A stretch of DNA of 64,000 nucleotides, taken from contig CBFGTN010000002.1 in assembly GCA_965652075.1 (NCBI GenBank), positions 1,372-65,371 of the forward strand. Direction: 5' to 3'. Below the pieces are notes generated by a model. The model ran no database searches, had not been told where the DNA came from, and was given only the letters and a program-made list of their open reading frames with translations. The stretch's first letter is position 1. Each line of letters opens with the position of its first letter. This DNA comes from an uncultured bacterium (GTDB lineage Bacteria > Chloroflexota > Limnocylindria > QHBO01). Of the stretch, positions 27,218 to 36,556 are shown piece after piece. The position numbers and the translations under genes were made by a program.

Positions 27218-28762
27218 TCAGTAGGAGGCCGGCTCCGCCGGCGGGGGCGCCGAGCCCGTGACCTCCGGTGGTGGCGAATCGTCCCCGCCGTAGACGTCGT
27301 CGACGCGTTCGAGCGCCTCTGGCCGGGTGGCTCGCAGGACGAAGTACGCGACGATCCCGAGCAGCGTCCACACACCCACGACAGGCGCGGTGAATCGCAG
27401 CGAGTTCTCGTACGGCGCGAGCTCGATGTCGAGGATCGGGATCGTCACCCCGCCGATCACGGCGAGCACTGCGGGGATCATCGCGATCACGCCGAGGATC
27501 GGCACGACGACGTGCTTCAGGGGGTTGAACTCGCTGCGTCCCTCGCGCATGAAGTAGCCGATGCACGCGAGGTTCACGAGGATGTACATCCCGGCGAACA
27601 GGAGCCCGACGAGCGTCCCGAGCCAGACGTACACGTTCAGCCCGGGTGCCCCCTCGAACGGATCGTCGGTGAGGAGGAGCCCCAGCCCGATGGCGACGAT
27701 GATCCCGAGCACGGCCTGGAAGTGGACCGCGTTCACCGGTGACTTGTATTCGGGGTGGACGGAGGCGAACCACCGCGAGATCAGGGTCGCCCGGCCCATC
27801 GCGAACAGCGATCGGGTCGCTGCCGTGGCGCTCGCGTTCGCGTTCGCGACGCAGCTGTTGAGGATGGCGAAGATGACGAGCAGGCCACCGGCCGTGCCGA
27901 GCACCTCGGTCGCCATGCCGCCCCACGGATCGCCGTCGTTCGCGGCGAGGAAGTCGGTCATCTGATCCGGGCCGAAGTAGACGGTCGCCGCATACATGTT
28001 GAAGACGTAGAAGGCGCCGACGAGGACCGCCGACCAGATCACTGCCTTCGGGATCGTCCTCCGCGGCTCCTCCGACTCCTCGCCCAACGGCGCGGCGGCC
28101 TCGAAGCCGATGAATGCCAGCAGACAGAAGATCATGCCCTGGAAGGCTGGAAGCAGCCCCGCGTCACCCGGGACGAACACGCTCAGGGTGTTCTCCTCGG
28201 CGTTGACGATGAGGAGGGCCGAGATGAGCAGGAAGATCCCGATCTCGATCAGCCCAAGGACGACGCCGGTGCGGGTCGAGAGCGCGATGCCCCGGAAGTT
28301 GAGGAACCAGACGATCGCGGCGCAGGCAAGCGCCAGGACGATCCATGCCATCTCGAACTCGATGTTGAGATACGTCGACAGGAAGATCGCCCCGTAGAAG
28401 CCGAAGCCGCCCAGCAGGATCGGCATGATCAGCGGCTCGGCGAAGGCGAACGACCACGCCACGAGCCAGCCGAAGAACTTGCCGAGCCCACGCCCGACGT
28501 ACGTGTACATGCCACCGGCCGACGGCAGATGTCGCGCGAGCTCGCTCATCGAGTAGGCGGTGAAGAGCACGGCGATCATTGCGAAGACCAGTGCGAGCGG
28601 CGTGATCCCGCCGGCGAATGCGGTCGCGGCGCCGATCGAGATGGCGGTGGCGACGGCCGGCGCCATGTGCGTGATGCACACGAACAGCACCTCGGGCAAA
28701 CCGATCGCGTTGCGCGCCAGGGTCGGGGATGCTGGGTCCGGTGACTGCGCGGTAGCTGTCAC
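27218..28762 (-). CDS. APC-superfamily amino acid/polyamine permease
   Basis: 514 aa, about 12 TM helices, typical APC N-terminus. GTG 28762 with GGAGGAGG RBS 8 nt upstream. Confidence 0.85.
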   Translation of the reverse strand: MTATAQSPDPASPTLARNAIGLPEVLFVCITHMAPAVATAISIGAATAFAGGITPLALVFAMIAVLFTAYSMSELARHLPSAGGMYTYVGRGLGKFFGWLVAWSFAFAEPLIMPILLGGFGFYGAIFLSTYLNIEFEMAWIVLALACAAIVWFLNFRGIALSTRTGVVLGLIEIGIFLLISALLIVNAEENTLSVFVPGDAGLLPAFQGMIFCLLAFIGFEAAAPLGEESEEPRRTIPKAVIWSAVLVGAFYVFNMYAATVYFGPDQMTDFLAANDGDPWGGMATEVLGTAGGLLVIFAILNSCVANANASATAATRSLFAMGRATLISRWFASVHPEYKSPVNAVHFQAVLGIIVAIGLGLLLTDDPFEGAPGLNVYVWLGTLVGLLFAGMYILVNLACIGYFMREGRSEFNPLKHVVVPILGVIAMIPAVLAVIGGVTIPILDIELAPYENSLRFTAPVVGVWTLLGIVAYFVLRATRPEALERVDDVYGGDDSPPPEVTGSAPPPAEPASY

Positions 28763-28941
28763 GTGCCAATCCTCCTCCGGTGTGCCCCCGCTCGGGTCCG
28801 GGCCGTGACGTCCCGCCGGGCGCCAGGGGTCCCGGGCCGCGGCGTAAGTCTAGGTGTGCGGTCAAGTGCGGTTGGGTGCGTATCCGGGTCCGTGGTCGCG
28901 CATCGGCCTCGTCGGGGCGCGTCTGGTACGCTCGGAACCGC

Positions 28942-29017
28942 GCGGGAGTAGCTCAGTTGGCAGAGCGGCAGCCTTCCAAGCTGCATGTCGCGGGTTCGAT
29001 CCCCGTCTCCCGCTCCA
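28942..29017 (+). tRNA. tRNA-Gly (anticodon UCC), CCA encoded
   Basis: Hand-folded cloverleaf: acceptor GCGGGAG/CTCCCGC, D stem GCTC/GAGC, anticodon stem GCAGC/GCTGC with loop CTTCCAA, T arm GCGGG-TTCGATC-CCCGT, discriminator T, then CCA. Confidence 0.9.
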
Positions 29018-29021
29018 CCCC

Positions 29022-30128
29022 TTACCCGAGCTCGGCGAGGATCTCGTCCGTGTGCGCTCCGAGCCGCGGCGGCGGCCGCCGGATCGGCGTGAGCTGGCCG
29101 TCGACGCGGAGCGGCCCGGGCGAGAGGCGCACGCCGTCGATGTCACGCACCCATCCCTCGCCCATCGCGGCGACCGCCTCCGCCACCGTATTCACGGGCC
29201 CGGCCGGCACGTCGGCGTCTCCCAGCGCTGCCACGAGCGATGCGCGGTCCCATGTGCCGATCGCTGCCCCGAGCCACGCGGCGAGCTCCGCCCGGGCGTC
29301 AACGCGCATCGCGTTCGTCGCGAAGCGGCCGTCGGCATCGGCCAGGCCCAGGACCCCGAGCAGCCGCCCGAACTGCGCGTCGTTGCCCACCGCGACGACG
29401 AGGTGGCCGTCACGCGCCGCGAACGCCTCGTACGGCGCGATGTTCGGGTGGGCGTTGCCGTGCCGTCCCGGCTGCACGCCGGTGGCGAGATGGCTCCCGA
29501 GGACGTTGATCAGCGAGGTCATGCCCGCCTCGACGAGGTTCACGCTCGCCGATGACCCGCGCCGGCCGACGAGTGCGGCGAGGGCGCCGACCGCGCACTC
29601 GAGCCCGGCGATCAGGTCCAGCAGCGCGACCCCGGCCTTCGTCGGCGGACCGGCGGGATCGCCGGTGACGGCCATCAGCCCCGACACCGCCTGCGCCAGG
29701 AGGTCGTAGGCGGGTCGATCGGCCTCGGCGCCCGGGAAGCCGCCGACGGTCGCGACGACGAGCGTCGGATGGCGCTCGCGCAGCGCATCGGTCGACAGTC
29801 CCAGCCGCGCGGCCGTCGCCGGGCGGTAGTTGTGCACGAGCAGGTCGGCACGGGCGAGCAGGCGCTCGCAGCTGGAGCGGCCGGCATCGGTCCGCAGGTC
29901 GAGGACGACGCTGCGCTTGTTGCGGTTGACCGATGCGAAATACGCGCTCCGCCCGTCGGCCGGATCGCCCCACCACGGCGGCCCCCACGAGCGCGTCTCG
30001 TCGCCGTCGGGCGGCTCGACCTTCACGACGTCGGCGCCCAGGTCGGCGAGCAGCATCGTCGCGAACGGTCCGGCCAGCACCCGGCTCAGGTCGACGACCT
30101 TGATCCCATCGAGTGGCAGCTCGGTCAC
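29022..30128 (-). CDS. Family III CoA-transferase (CaiB/BaiF-like)
   Basis: GIKVVDLSRVLAGPFATMLLADLGADVVKVEPP N-terminal signature. Confidence 0.88.
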   Translation of the reverse strand: MTELPLDGIKVVDLSRVLAGPFATMLLADLGADVVKVEPPDGDETRSWGPPWWGDPADGRSAYFASVNRNKRSVVLDLRTDAGRSSCERLLARADLLVHNYRPATAARLGLSTDALRERHPTLVVATVGGFPGAEADRPAYDLLAQAVSGLMAVTGDPAGPPTKAGVALLDLIAGLECAVGALAALVGRRGSSASVNLVEAGMTSLINVLGSHLATGVQPGRHGNAHPNIAPYEAFAARDGHLVVAVGNDAQFGRLLGVLGLADADGRFATNAMRVDARAELAAWLGAAIGTWDRASLVAALGDADVPAGPVNTVAEAVAAMGEGWVRDIDGVRLSPGPLRVDGQLTPIRRPPPRLGAHTDEILAELG

Positions 30129-30169
30129 GCCCCTACCCTAGACGGCTGGCTGGCATGCCCGCCGCTAGG

Positions 30170-31084
30170 ATGAGCGACATGAAGATCGGACTGATGCTGC
30201 CCCTCGGCGCAGACGAGACGCGGGGCTTCGACGAGCTCCGCGAGATGGCGCTCGCCGCCGAGGGGGAGGGCCTGGACTCGGTGTGGGGCGCCGACCACCT
30301 GATCTTCCGCGACGACGGCACGACGACCGGCATCCACGAATCGTGGACCGTCCTCACGGCCGTCGCCGCGCTCACGACGCGCGTCGAGATCGGGCCGATG
30401 GTGCTGGCACTCCCGTTCCGCAACCCGGCGCTGACGGCAAAGATGGCTGCCGAGCTCGACGAGGTCAGCGATGGCCGCCTGATCCTGGGCGTCGGCTGCG
30501 GCTGGCACGAGCCGGAGTTCGAGGCGTTCGGCTACCCGTTCGACCATCGCGTCGGACGCTTCGAGGAAGGGCTCCAGATCCTCGCGCCGCTCCTCCGGGG
30601 TGAGCGCGTGAGCCTCGAGGGCCGGTATTACCGCGTCCAGGATGTCGAGCTGCTGCCGCCCCCGGTCCGGGACGGCGGCCCACCGATCCTCATCGCCGGC
30701 AAGCGGCCGCGGATGCTGGGCCTGGTGGCGAGCTACGCCGACCAGTGGAACGGTGCCTGGTACGGGTTCCCGGGCGAGGCCGACGAGCTCAGGGAGCGCC
30801 TCGAGAACGTTCGTCGCGCGCTCGACGACGCCGGACGCGACCCGTCGAGCCTCGTGCTGACCGCCGGCATCTCGGTCGTCTTCGACGGCGCGAGGGCGAA
30901 CGCGCCGGAGCGCTCGATCCGCGGCACCCCCGACGAGATGGCCGATGCCCTTGCCGGCTACGCCGACCTCGGGATCGCCCACCTGATCGCCCACGTCTAC
31001 CCGCGCAGCGCCGACAGCGTGCGCCGCCTTGCGGATGCGGCGGTGCTCGCGCGGGATCGCCTCGGGGCCGCGGCGCCGGCCTGA
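30170..31084 (+). CDS. Luciferase-like (LLM) flavin/F420-dependent oxidoreductase
   Basis: MKIGLMLPLG, LDSVWGADHL, LILGVGCGWHEPEFEAFG. Start is ATG 30170 or 30179. Confidence 0.85.
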   Translation: MSDMKIGLMLPLGADETRGFDELREMALAAEGEGLDSVWGADHLIFRDDGTTTGIHESWTVLTAVAALTTRVEIGPMVLALPFRNPALTAKMAAELDEVSDGRLILGVGCGWHEPEFEAFGYPFDHRVGRFEEGLQILAPLLRGERVSLEGRYYRVQDVELLPPPVRDGGPPILIAGKRPRMLGLVASYADQWNGAWYGFPGEADELRERLENVRRALDDAGRDPSSLVLTAGISVVFDGARANAPERSIRGTPDEMADALAGYADLGIAHLIAHVYPRSADSVRRLADAAVLARDRLGAAAPA

Positions 31085-31096
31085 TTCGCAGACGGC

Positions 31097-31699
31097 CTAG
31101 GCGGGCACGGCGGCCATGAGGACGTGGCGCACCGGGCGCCGCGCGGCACGGACGCGGCGCAGGCTCACCCCGACGACGCGCTGCCGGCACACGGCACAGA
31201 CGGACCATCGGCCGTCGCGCTCGAGCCGGATGGGGTGCTCCGGGACGAGCACGCGCCAGCGGCGTCGCGGCCGCGCGCGCAGCGCGGCCCGGTGCGCGGC
31301 GAGGGCATCGTTCGCGCCCGGCACGCCGAGCGCGACGGCATGGACGAGCGCTGATCGGTAGCGTCCGGACTCGAGGCGGAGCGCGTCGGCATCGGCGATG
31401 CCGTGTCGGCGGTACAGGTCGAAGGCGACGGCGTAGAAGCGACTGCCGTGGTGGACCGACCGCCGGCCGCGCCGTCGGCCCGACGGCGGGGCGATCCAGT
31501 GCGCCAGCTCGTGGAGCAGCGTGAGCCGCTGGTCCACCGGATCGCTGCCGGCGCGAACGGCGATGCTGCCCTCCGACGCGCGCGCGACGCCCGTCGACGC
31601 GACCGCGCGCCGAACGCGCCACCGAATCCGCGGGGGCGAGATGCCGGCTTCGGCGCAGACCGCATCCACGAGCTCGACGGCCCAGCGCGGTGCGCTCAT
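31097..31699 (-). CDS. SprT-like zinc metallopeptidase-domain protein
   Basis: LLHELAHW (HExxH) followed by HHGSRFY, as in SprT-like domains. ATG 31699 overlaps the stop of the upstream 88-aa gene (ATGA). Confidence 0.6.
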   Translation of the reverse strand: MSAPRWAVELVDAVCAEAGISPPRIRWRVRRAVASTGVARASEGSIAVRAGSDPVDQRLTLLHELAHWIAPPSGRRRGRRSVHHGSRFYAVAFDLYRRHGIADADALRLESGRYRSALVHAVALGVPGANDALAAHRAALRARPRRRWRVLVPEHPIRLERDGRWSVCAVCRQRVVGVSLRRVRAARRPVRHVLMAAVPA

Positions 31700-31962
31700 C
31701 GGCGCTCGCGCAGGAGCCGGCCGACCTCGAGCAGCCAGGCGTCGAGATCGGCATCGGCGTAGCGGGCCTCGTCGTACGTGAACCCGACCATGTCGGTCCC
31801 GTGCTCGGCGACGTAGTCGGCGGGGGTCACCGTGCGATACGGGAACGCCCGTCGAGCGAGGGCTTCCCGGTCGGGATCGGCCGCCGGCCGGTCGAGGGTC
31901 ACGCGGGCGTCGTGGCGTGCCCGCCACCGCTCGGTCAGCTCGTCGAGGCGCCGTCGGTCCAC
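31696..31962 (-). CDS. Hypothetical 88-aa protein coupled to the SprT-like gene
   Basis: Acidic, non-repetitive ORF 24 nt downstream of the MMPL gene. ATGA overlap with the next gene. Confidence 0.45.
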   Translation of the reverse strand: MDRRRLDELTERWRARHDARVTLDRPAADPDREALARRAFPYRTVTPADYVAEHGTDMVGFTYDEARYADADLDAWLLEVGRLLRERR

Positions 31963-31986
31963 GGCGCCCAGCCTAGTCGAACCCGG

Positions 31987-34497
31987 TCAGGCCGGGGCGG
32001 GCTCCGGGACGGACTCCGGTCGCTCGGGAGCTCCCTCGTACAGCCCCAGGCGCGCGACGCCGCGCTGCATCCAGCGGGGCGCCCACCAGTTCAGGTTGCC
32101 CATGACCCGCATGAACGCCGGGACGAGGATGCCGCGCACGATCGTCGCGTCGATGAGGACCGCGAGGGCCATCGCGAAGCCGAGCGACTTGATGACCATG
32201 ACCGACGACAGCGCGAAGGCCCCGAAGACGGCGACCATGATCAGCGCGGCGCCGGTGATGATCCCGCCCGTCACGCCGATCCCCTCCGCCACGGCACGGG
32301 TGTTGTCGCCGGTCGCGAGGTAGCGCTCGCGGATCCGGGACAGCAGCAGGACCTCGTAGTCCATCGACAGGCCGAACAGGATCGCGAACATCAGGATCGG
32401 CGTCGACGCGATGACGGTCCCCGTTGCGTCGAAGTTCAGCAGGCCGGACAGGTTGCCCTCCTGGAAGATCCACACCAGCGCGCCGAAGCTCGCGGTGATG
32501 CTCAGGAGGCTCATGAGCACGGCCTTGATCGGCAGGAAGACCGATCCGAACGTCAGGAACAGCACGATCGCGGTCACTCCCACGACGATGGCCACAGCCC
32601 ACGGCACCGACGCGGTGAAGCTCGCCATGAAGTCGTGCGAGCGCGAGGAGAGGCCGCCGGTCAGGACGGTCGCACCATCGGGTGCCGGGGTCGCTCGGAT
32701 CTCGTCCACGAGCGCGCGGCCGTCGCTCGAGTCGGGCAGCGCCGAGCTGAAGACGTCGACGCGGGTGACGTCGTCCGCGACCCACTGGTCGATCCACGCG
32801 GCGAGGCCCGCGGCCTCGGCCGGCCGCTGCGACTCCGGCAGCGAGATCAGCTGTCGATAGACGGTCGCGTCCATGCCCGCCGGCGGATCGAGGACGCTGG
32901 TGATCTCGGTGACGTGCTCGACGGAGGCGAGGTCCCCCTCGTACTCCTCGAGCGCGGCGACCCACGCGGGATCGAGCGCGCCGTCGGTCGCGATCGGCTC
33001 GTCGTAGCGGACCGCGACCTCGATCGGGTCCGTGCCGCCACCGGGGAACTCGTCCTCGAGGACACGGAAGCCGGTCACGCTCGGGGAGTCGGGCAGGTCG
33101 TCGAGGTTGCCTCCCGTCGACAGCTGGATGGCGAAGAACGGCAGCCCGGCGAGGATGAGCACCAGGAGGAACGGCGTCGCGATCGCGACCGGGTGCCGCA
33201 TGACCTGGCGCGCGATCGTCGCCCAGTAGCCGTGGCCCTGTCGCGCCTCGGCGGCGGCGGGGTCGTCCTCGATCAGGCGGAGGCGCGACGGCAGCGGGAC
33301 CCGAAGGCGGTTCACGCGGTGCCCGAGCATCCCGAGCAGTGCCGGCAGGATCGTCAGGCCGAAGATCAGGGTCGAGAGCACGGTCGCGACGCCGCCGATG
33401 CCCATGCTCCGCATCGCGGCCGACTCGAACACGATCAGGCTCGACAGGCCGATGGCGACGGCGATGCCGCTGACCGCGACGGCCTTGCCGACCGTCGCCA
33501 TCGTGTGCTCGACGGCATCCTCCACGCTCCGGTGGCGGAGCTCCTCGCGGAAGCGGCTGACGGTGAACAGCGAGTAGTCGATCGAGAGGGCGAGGCCGAT
33601 CATCGTGGCGACGTTCGTCACGAAGATGCTCATCTCGGTGACGCCCGCGAGGAGCGAGATGGCGGCCATCGCGCTCGGGAGCGCCATCGCGGCCACGATC
33701 ACCGGCAGGATGGCGCCGACGACGGTGCCGAACACGGCGAGCAGGATGAGCATCGCGATCGGCAGGCTGATGATCTCGGCGCGGAAGAGGTCCTCCTCGA
33801 TCGCCACGTTGAACTCGTGCTGCACGATCGGGATGCCGGTGACGATCGTCTCGACGCCGTCCGGCGCATCGACCAGGCTCGCCAGGTGCTCTGAGTCGTC
33901 GACGGCGGCCTCGACCTGCTCGGTAAGCCGAATCAGGGCGAACGTCTTCGTGCCGTCGCGGCTCACGAAGGAGGGATCGCCGACGTCGGAGTAGGTGAGG
34001 ATCTCCCCGACGATCGCCTCGCCCTCGAGCGGAGCGACCGCGTCCTGCACGGTCGCCTGGAAGTCGGCGGATGCGGCATCTCCATCGGGGTCGGTGAAGA
34101 TGACGATCAGGCTCGTCGCCTGCTCGCCGAACCGATCGGCGACCAGCGCCTCGGCGCGGGCGGCGTCCGAGCCGTCGATCTGCCATCCGCCCTGGCTCAG
34201 CGTGCCACCGGCGGTCGCCGCCCAGACGTTGAGCCCGACGACGAGGGCGATGCCGATGACCGGCAGCCAGCGGCGGTTGCGGTACGTGAACCGACCGAGG
34301 GCGGCGAAGATGCCGTTGTGCGCCACGCGATCGTCGATGGGCGACGGGAGCGTCGGCTCCGGAGCGACCGCCGGACGGGAATCCGGCGGCTCGGGAAGGC
34401 CGGGCGGCGGATCGAGCGGCTCGCGGATGCCGCGGATGGCCAGGAAGACGGCAGTGGCGACCGCCAGGATCGCTCCGAGGATGATCGGTCGACGCAT
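31987..34497 (-). CDS. MMPL-family (RND superfamily) transporter
   Basis: 836 aa with two 6-TM bundles and two large soluble loops. Typical MMPL segments such as LSMDYEVLLLSRIRE. Confidence 0.9.
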   Translation of the reverse strand: MRRPIILGAILAVATAVFLAIRGIREPLDPPPGLPEPPDSRPAVAPEPTLPSPIDDRVAHNGIFAALGRFTYRNRRWLPVIGIALVVGLNVWAATAGGTLSQGGWQIDGSDAARAEALVADRFGEQATSLIVIFTDPDGDAASADFQATVQDAVAPLEGEAIVGEILTYSDVGDPSFVSRDGTKTFALIRLTEQVEAAVDDSEHLASLVDAPDGVETIVTGIPIVQHEFNVAIEEDLFRAEIISLPIAMLILLAVFGTVVGAILPVIVAAMALPSAMAAISLLAGVTEMSIFVTNVATMIGLALSIDYSLFTVSRFREELRHRSVEDAVEHTMATVGKAVAVSGIAVAIGLSSLIVFESAAMRSMGIGGVATVLSTLIFGLTILPALLGMLGHRVNRLRVPLPSRLRLIEDDPAAAEARQGHGYWATIARQVMRHPVAIATPFLLVLILAGLPFFAIQLSTGGNLDDLPDSPSVTGFRVLEDEFPGGGTDPIEVAVRYDEPIATDGALDPAWVAALEEYEGDLASVEHVTEITSVLDPPAGMDATVYRQLISLPESQRPAEAAGLAAWIDQWVADDVTRVDVFSSALPDSSDGRALVDEIRATPAPDGATVLTGGLSSRSHDFMASFTASVPWAVAIVVGVTAIVLFLTFGSVFLPIKAVLMSLLSITASFGALVWIFQEGNLSGLLNFDATGTVIASTPILMFAILFGLSMDYEVLLLSRIRERYLATGDNTRAVAEGIGVTGGIITGAALIMVAVFGAFALSSVMVIKSLGFAMALAVLIDATIVRGILVPAFMRVMGNLNWWAPRWMQRGVARLGLYEGAPERPESVPEPAPA

Positions 34498-34505
34498 CGG
34501 CTCGA

Positions 34506-34519
34506 TGAATGCTCGTTCA
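34506..34519. promoter_or_regulatory. Candidate TetR operator half-pair 1 (TGAA-N6-TTCA)
   Basis: TGAATGCTCGTTCA lies 9-22 nt upstream of the MMPL ATG (34497). Confidence 0.3.
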
Positions 34520-34571
34520 GAGTGTGCTGACGCAGGCTACCCCTTGCGGATGCGCGGCGTCAAGTGCACAA

Positions 34572-34585
34572 TGAACTCCGATTCA
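34572..34585. promoter_or_regulatory. Candidate TetR operator half-pair 2 (TGAA-N6-TTCA)
   Basis: TGAACTCCGATTCA lies in a locally AT-richer stretch, 20 nt upstream of the tetR TTG start. Confidence 0.3.
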
Positions 34586-34604
34586 CTATCTGAGGTCGCA
34601 CCCG

Positions 34605-35204
34605 TTGCCACGCACGAGCCCCGCTCACGCCACCGAGATGCGCCAGCGCATGCTCGACGGCGCGTATCGGGCCATGCTGGCCGGAGGATATCGCGGCACG
34701 ACGATGCCTGCCATCGCCGCCGAGGCCGACGTGAGCGTCGGCCTGCTGTATCGGTACTTCGACAGCAAGGAAGAGCTGTACCTCGCGATGTGCGAGGGCG
34801 TGACGCAGGCGCAGCTGGACGAGCTGGCCGCGCACCTCGGCACGATCGCCGACCCGCGTGAACGCGTCGCCGCCGCCGTCGCGCACTTCGTCGAGAGCCT
34901 CGAGGCGGAGGGGTGGGGCGCGATCGTCACCACCGGCTGGGCGGAGGCGGACGTTCGGCCCGCGCTGCGGGACGTCCTGCGCCGCCGTTGCGACCAGATC
35001 CGCTCGTTCGCCGCGATGTTCCTGCGCGAGGCGATGGCCCGAGGCGAGATCTCGGCCGACGTCGGCGTCGATGAGCTCAGCCTGGCGACCGCCATGCTCC
35101 TGGACGGCGTGATCGCGCATCACGCCGAGAACGGCGACCGCTTCGACGCCGACCTCGTCCAGCGCTCGGTGAACGCGATCCTCGATCCGGTGATGCGCCG
35201 CTAG
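34605..35204 (+). CDS. TetR-family transcriptional regulator
   Basis: HTH TTMPAIAAEADVSVGLLYRYFDSKEELY. TTG 34605 has GAGG 9 nt upstream (alternative ATG 34638). Divergent from the MMPL gene. Confidence 0.88.
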   Translation: MPRTSPAHATEMRQRMLDGAYRAMLAGGYRGTTMPAIAAEADVSVGLLYRYFDSKEELYLAMCEGVTQAQLDELAAHLGTIADPRERVAAAVAHFVESLEAEGWGAIVTTGWAEADVRPALRDVLRRRCDQIRSFAAMFLREAMARGEISADVGVDELSLATAMLLDGVIAHHAENGDRFDADLVQRSVNAILDPVMRR

Positions 35205-35227
35205 GTCCCCGCGTATCATCCGGGCCG

Positions 35228-36556
35228 ATGACGGTCCTGGCACCGGCGACGTGGTGGCGCGGGCTCGGCGGGCTCGCGCGCACGGGCAGCTCGGTCGAGG
35301 CGCTCGCCTGGGCCCTGTACGACTTCGCGAACACGATCTTCAGCTTCGCGATCGTGAGCTTCGCGATGAGCCTGTGGGCGATCCGCTTCCTCGGCGAGGA
35401 CGACGGCACGTTCTGGTTCACCGCGGCCGTGAGTGCGTCCGTGCTCCTGAATGCGGCGGTGTCGCCGATCCTGGGCGCGATGAGCGATCGTGTCGGACGC
35501 CGCAAGCCGTTCCTCGCCTTCTTCACCGCCGCCTGCGTCATCGGCACGGCGATCATCGGGTTCGTCGACGTCACGCTGGGCCTCGTCGCCTTCGCGGTGG
35601 CGAATTTCGCATACCAGGCCGCGCTCATCTACTACGACGCCCTGCTCCCCGACGTCGCCAAGCCGATCGCTCGCGGCCGCCTGTCCGGGATCGGCGTCGC
35701 GCTCGGCTACTGCGGCACCCTGCTCGTCGGCGTGCTCCTGCTCGCCGGCGTCAGCACCGATGCGGACGGCGAATCGACCTCGGCGACGTTCGCTCTCGTC
35801 GCCGGGCTGTTCGCGGTCTTCGCGGCGCCGCTGTTCCTCGTCGTCCGCGAGCAGGCCCGCGCCCGCGGCAGCTTCAGCGCGGCAGATGCGGCCCGCTCGT
35901 GGTCGCAGCTGGCCCAGACGATCCGCACCGCGCGCGAGACCCCGGGCCTGCTGCGCTTCATCGTCGCGCGGTTCTTCTACACGGACCCGGTCAACACCGC
36001 GATCGCGGTGATGAGCGCGTTCGCGGTGTTCGCGGTCGGCTTCACCGAGGCGCAGGCGCTCCAGGTCCTCCTCGTCCTGACGGTCGTCGCGGTCATCGCG
36101 AGCTTCGGCTGGGGCTTTGTGGCCGATCGCTGGGGTCCGCGGCGAACGCTGTTCGCGGTGCTCGGCACGTGGGCGGTCGGGCTCGTGATCCTCACGCTGT
36201 TCCTGTCGACCGTTCCCTTCCTGATTGCCGGTGCGCTGCTCGGCGCCGGGCTCGGCGGCGTCGGCGTCGTCGACCGGCTCATGCTCCTCCGCCTGGCGCC
36301 GCCGCAGCGCGTGGGCGAGATGTTCGGCCTCTACGGGCTCGTCGGGAAGTTCAGCGCCGTCGTCGGACCGATCCTGTACGGCGCGATCGTCTCGAGCCTG
36401 CTCGATACGATGGACCCGGGCGCGTACCAGGTCGCGATCGGCTCGCTGCTCGTCCTGCTCGTCATCGGCGTCGCGATCCTGCGCGGCGTTCCCGAGGGCT
36501 CGCCGGACAACGAGGACGCCGCCGCCGAGGCGCTGGTCGAGGGCATGGCGGCATGA
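35228..36556 (+). CDS. MFS transporter (UMF1/Atg22-like)
   Basis: ALYDFANTIFSFAIVS N-terminal motif and about 12 TM helices. Confidence 0.8.
   Translation: MTVLAPATWWRGLGGLARTGSSVEALAWALYDFANTIFSFAIVSFAMSLWAIRFLGEDDGTFWFTAAVSASVLLNAAVSPILGAMSDRVGRRKPFLAFFTAACVIGTAIIGFVDVTLGLVAFAVANFAYQAALIYYDALLPDVAKPIARGRLSGIGVALGYCGTLLVGVLLLAGVSTDADGESTSATFALVAGLFAVFAAPLFLVVREQARARGSFSAADAARSWSQLAQTIRTARETPGLLRFIVARFFYTDPVNTAIAVMSAFAVFAVGFTEAQALQVLLVLTVVAVIASFGWGFVADRWGPRRTLFAVLGTWAVGLVILTLFLSTVPFLIAGALLGAGLGGVGVVDRLMLLRLAPPQRVGEMFGLYGLVGKFSAVVGPILYGAIVSSLLDTMDPGAYQVAIGSLLVLLVIGVAILRGVPEGSPDNEDAAAEALVEGMAA

Noticed and set aside
28763-30128. The tRNA-Gly as an integration hotspot or genomic-island border.
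   Set aside because: No integrase, no direct repeat of the tRNA 3' end, and no compositional shift that I could see downstream. The flanking genes (APC permease, CoA-transferase, LLM) look like ordinary metabolism.
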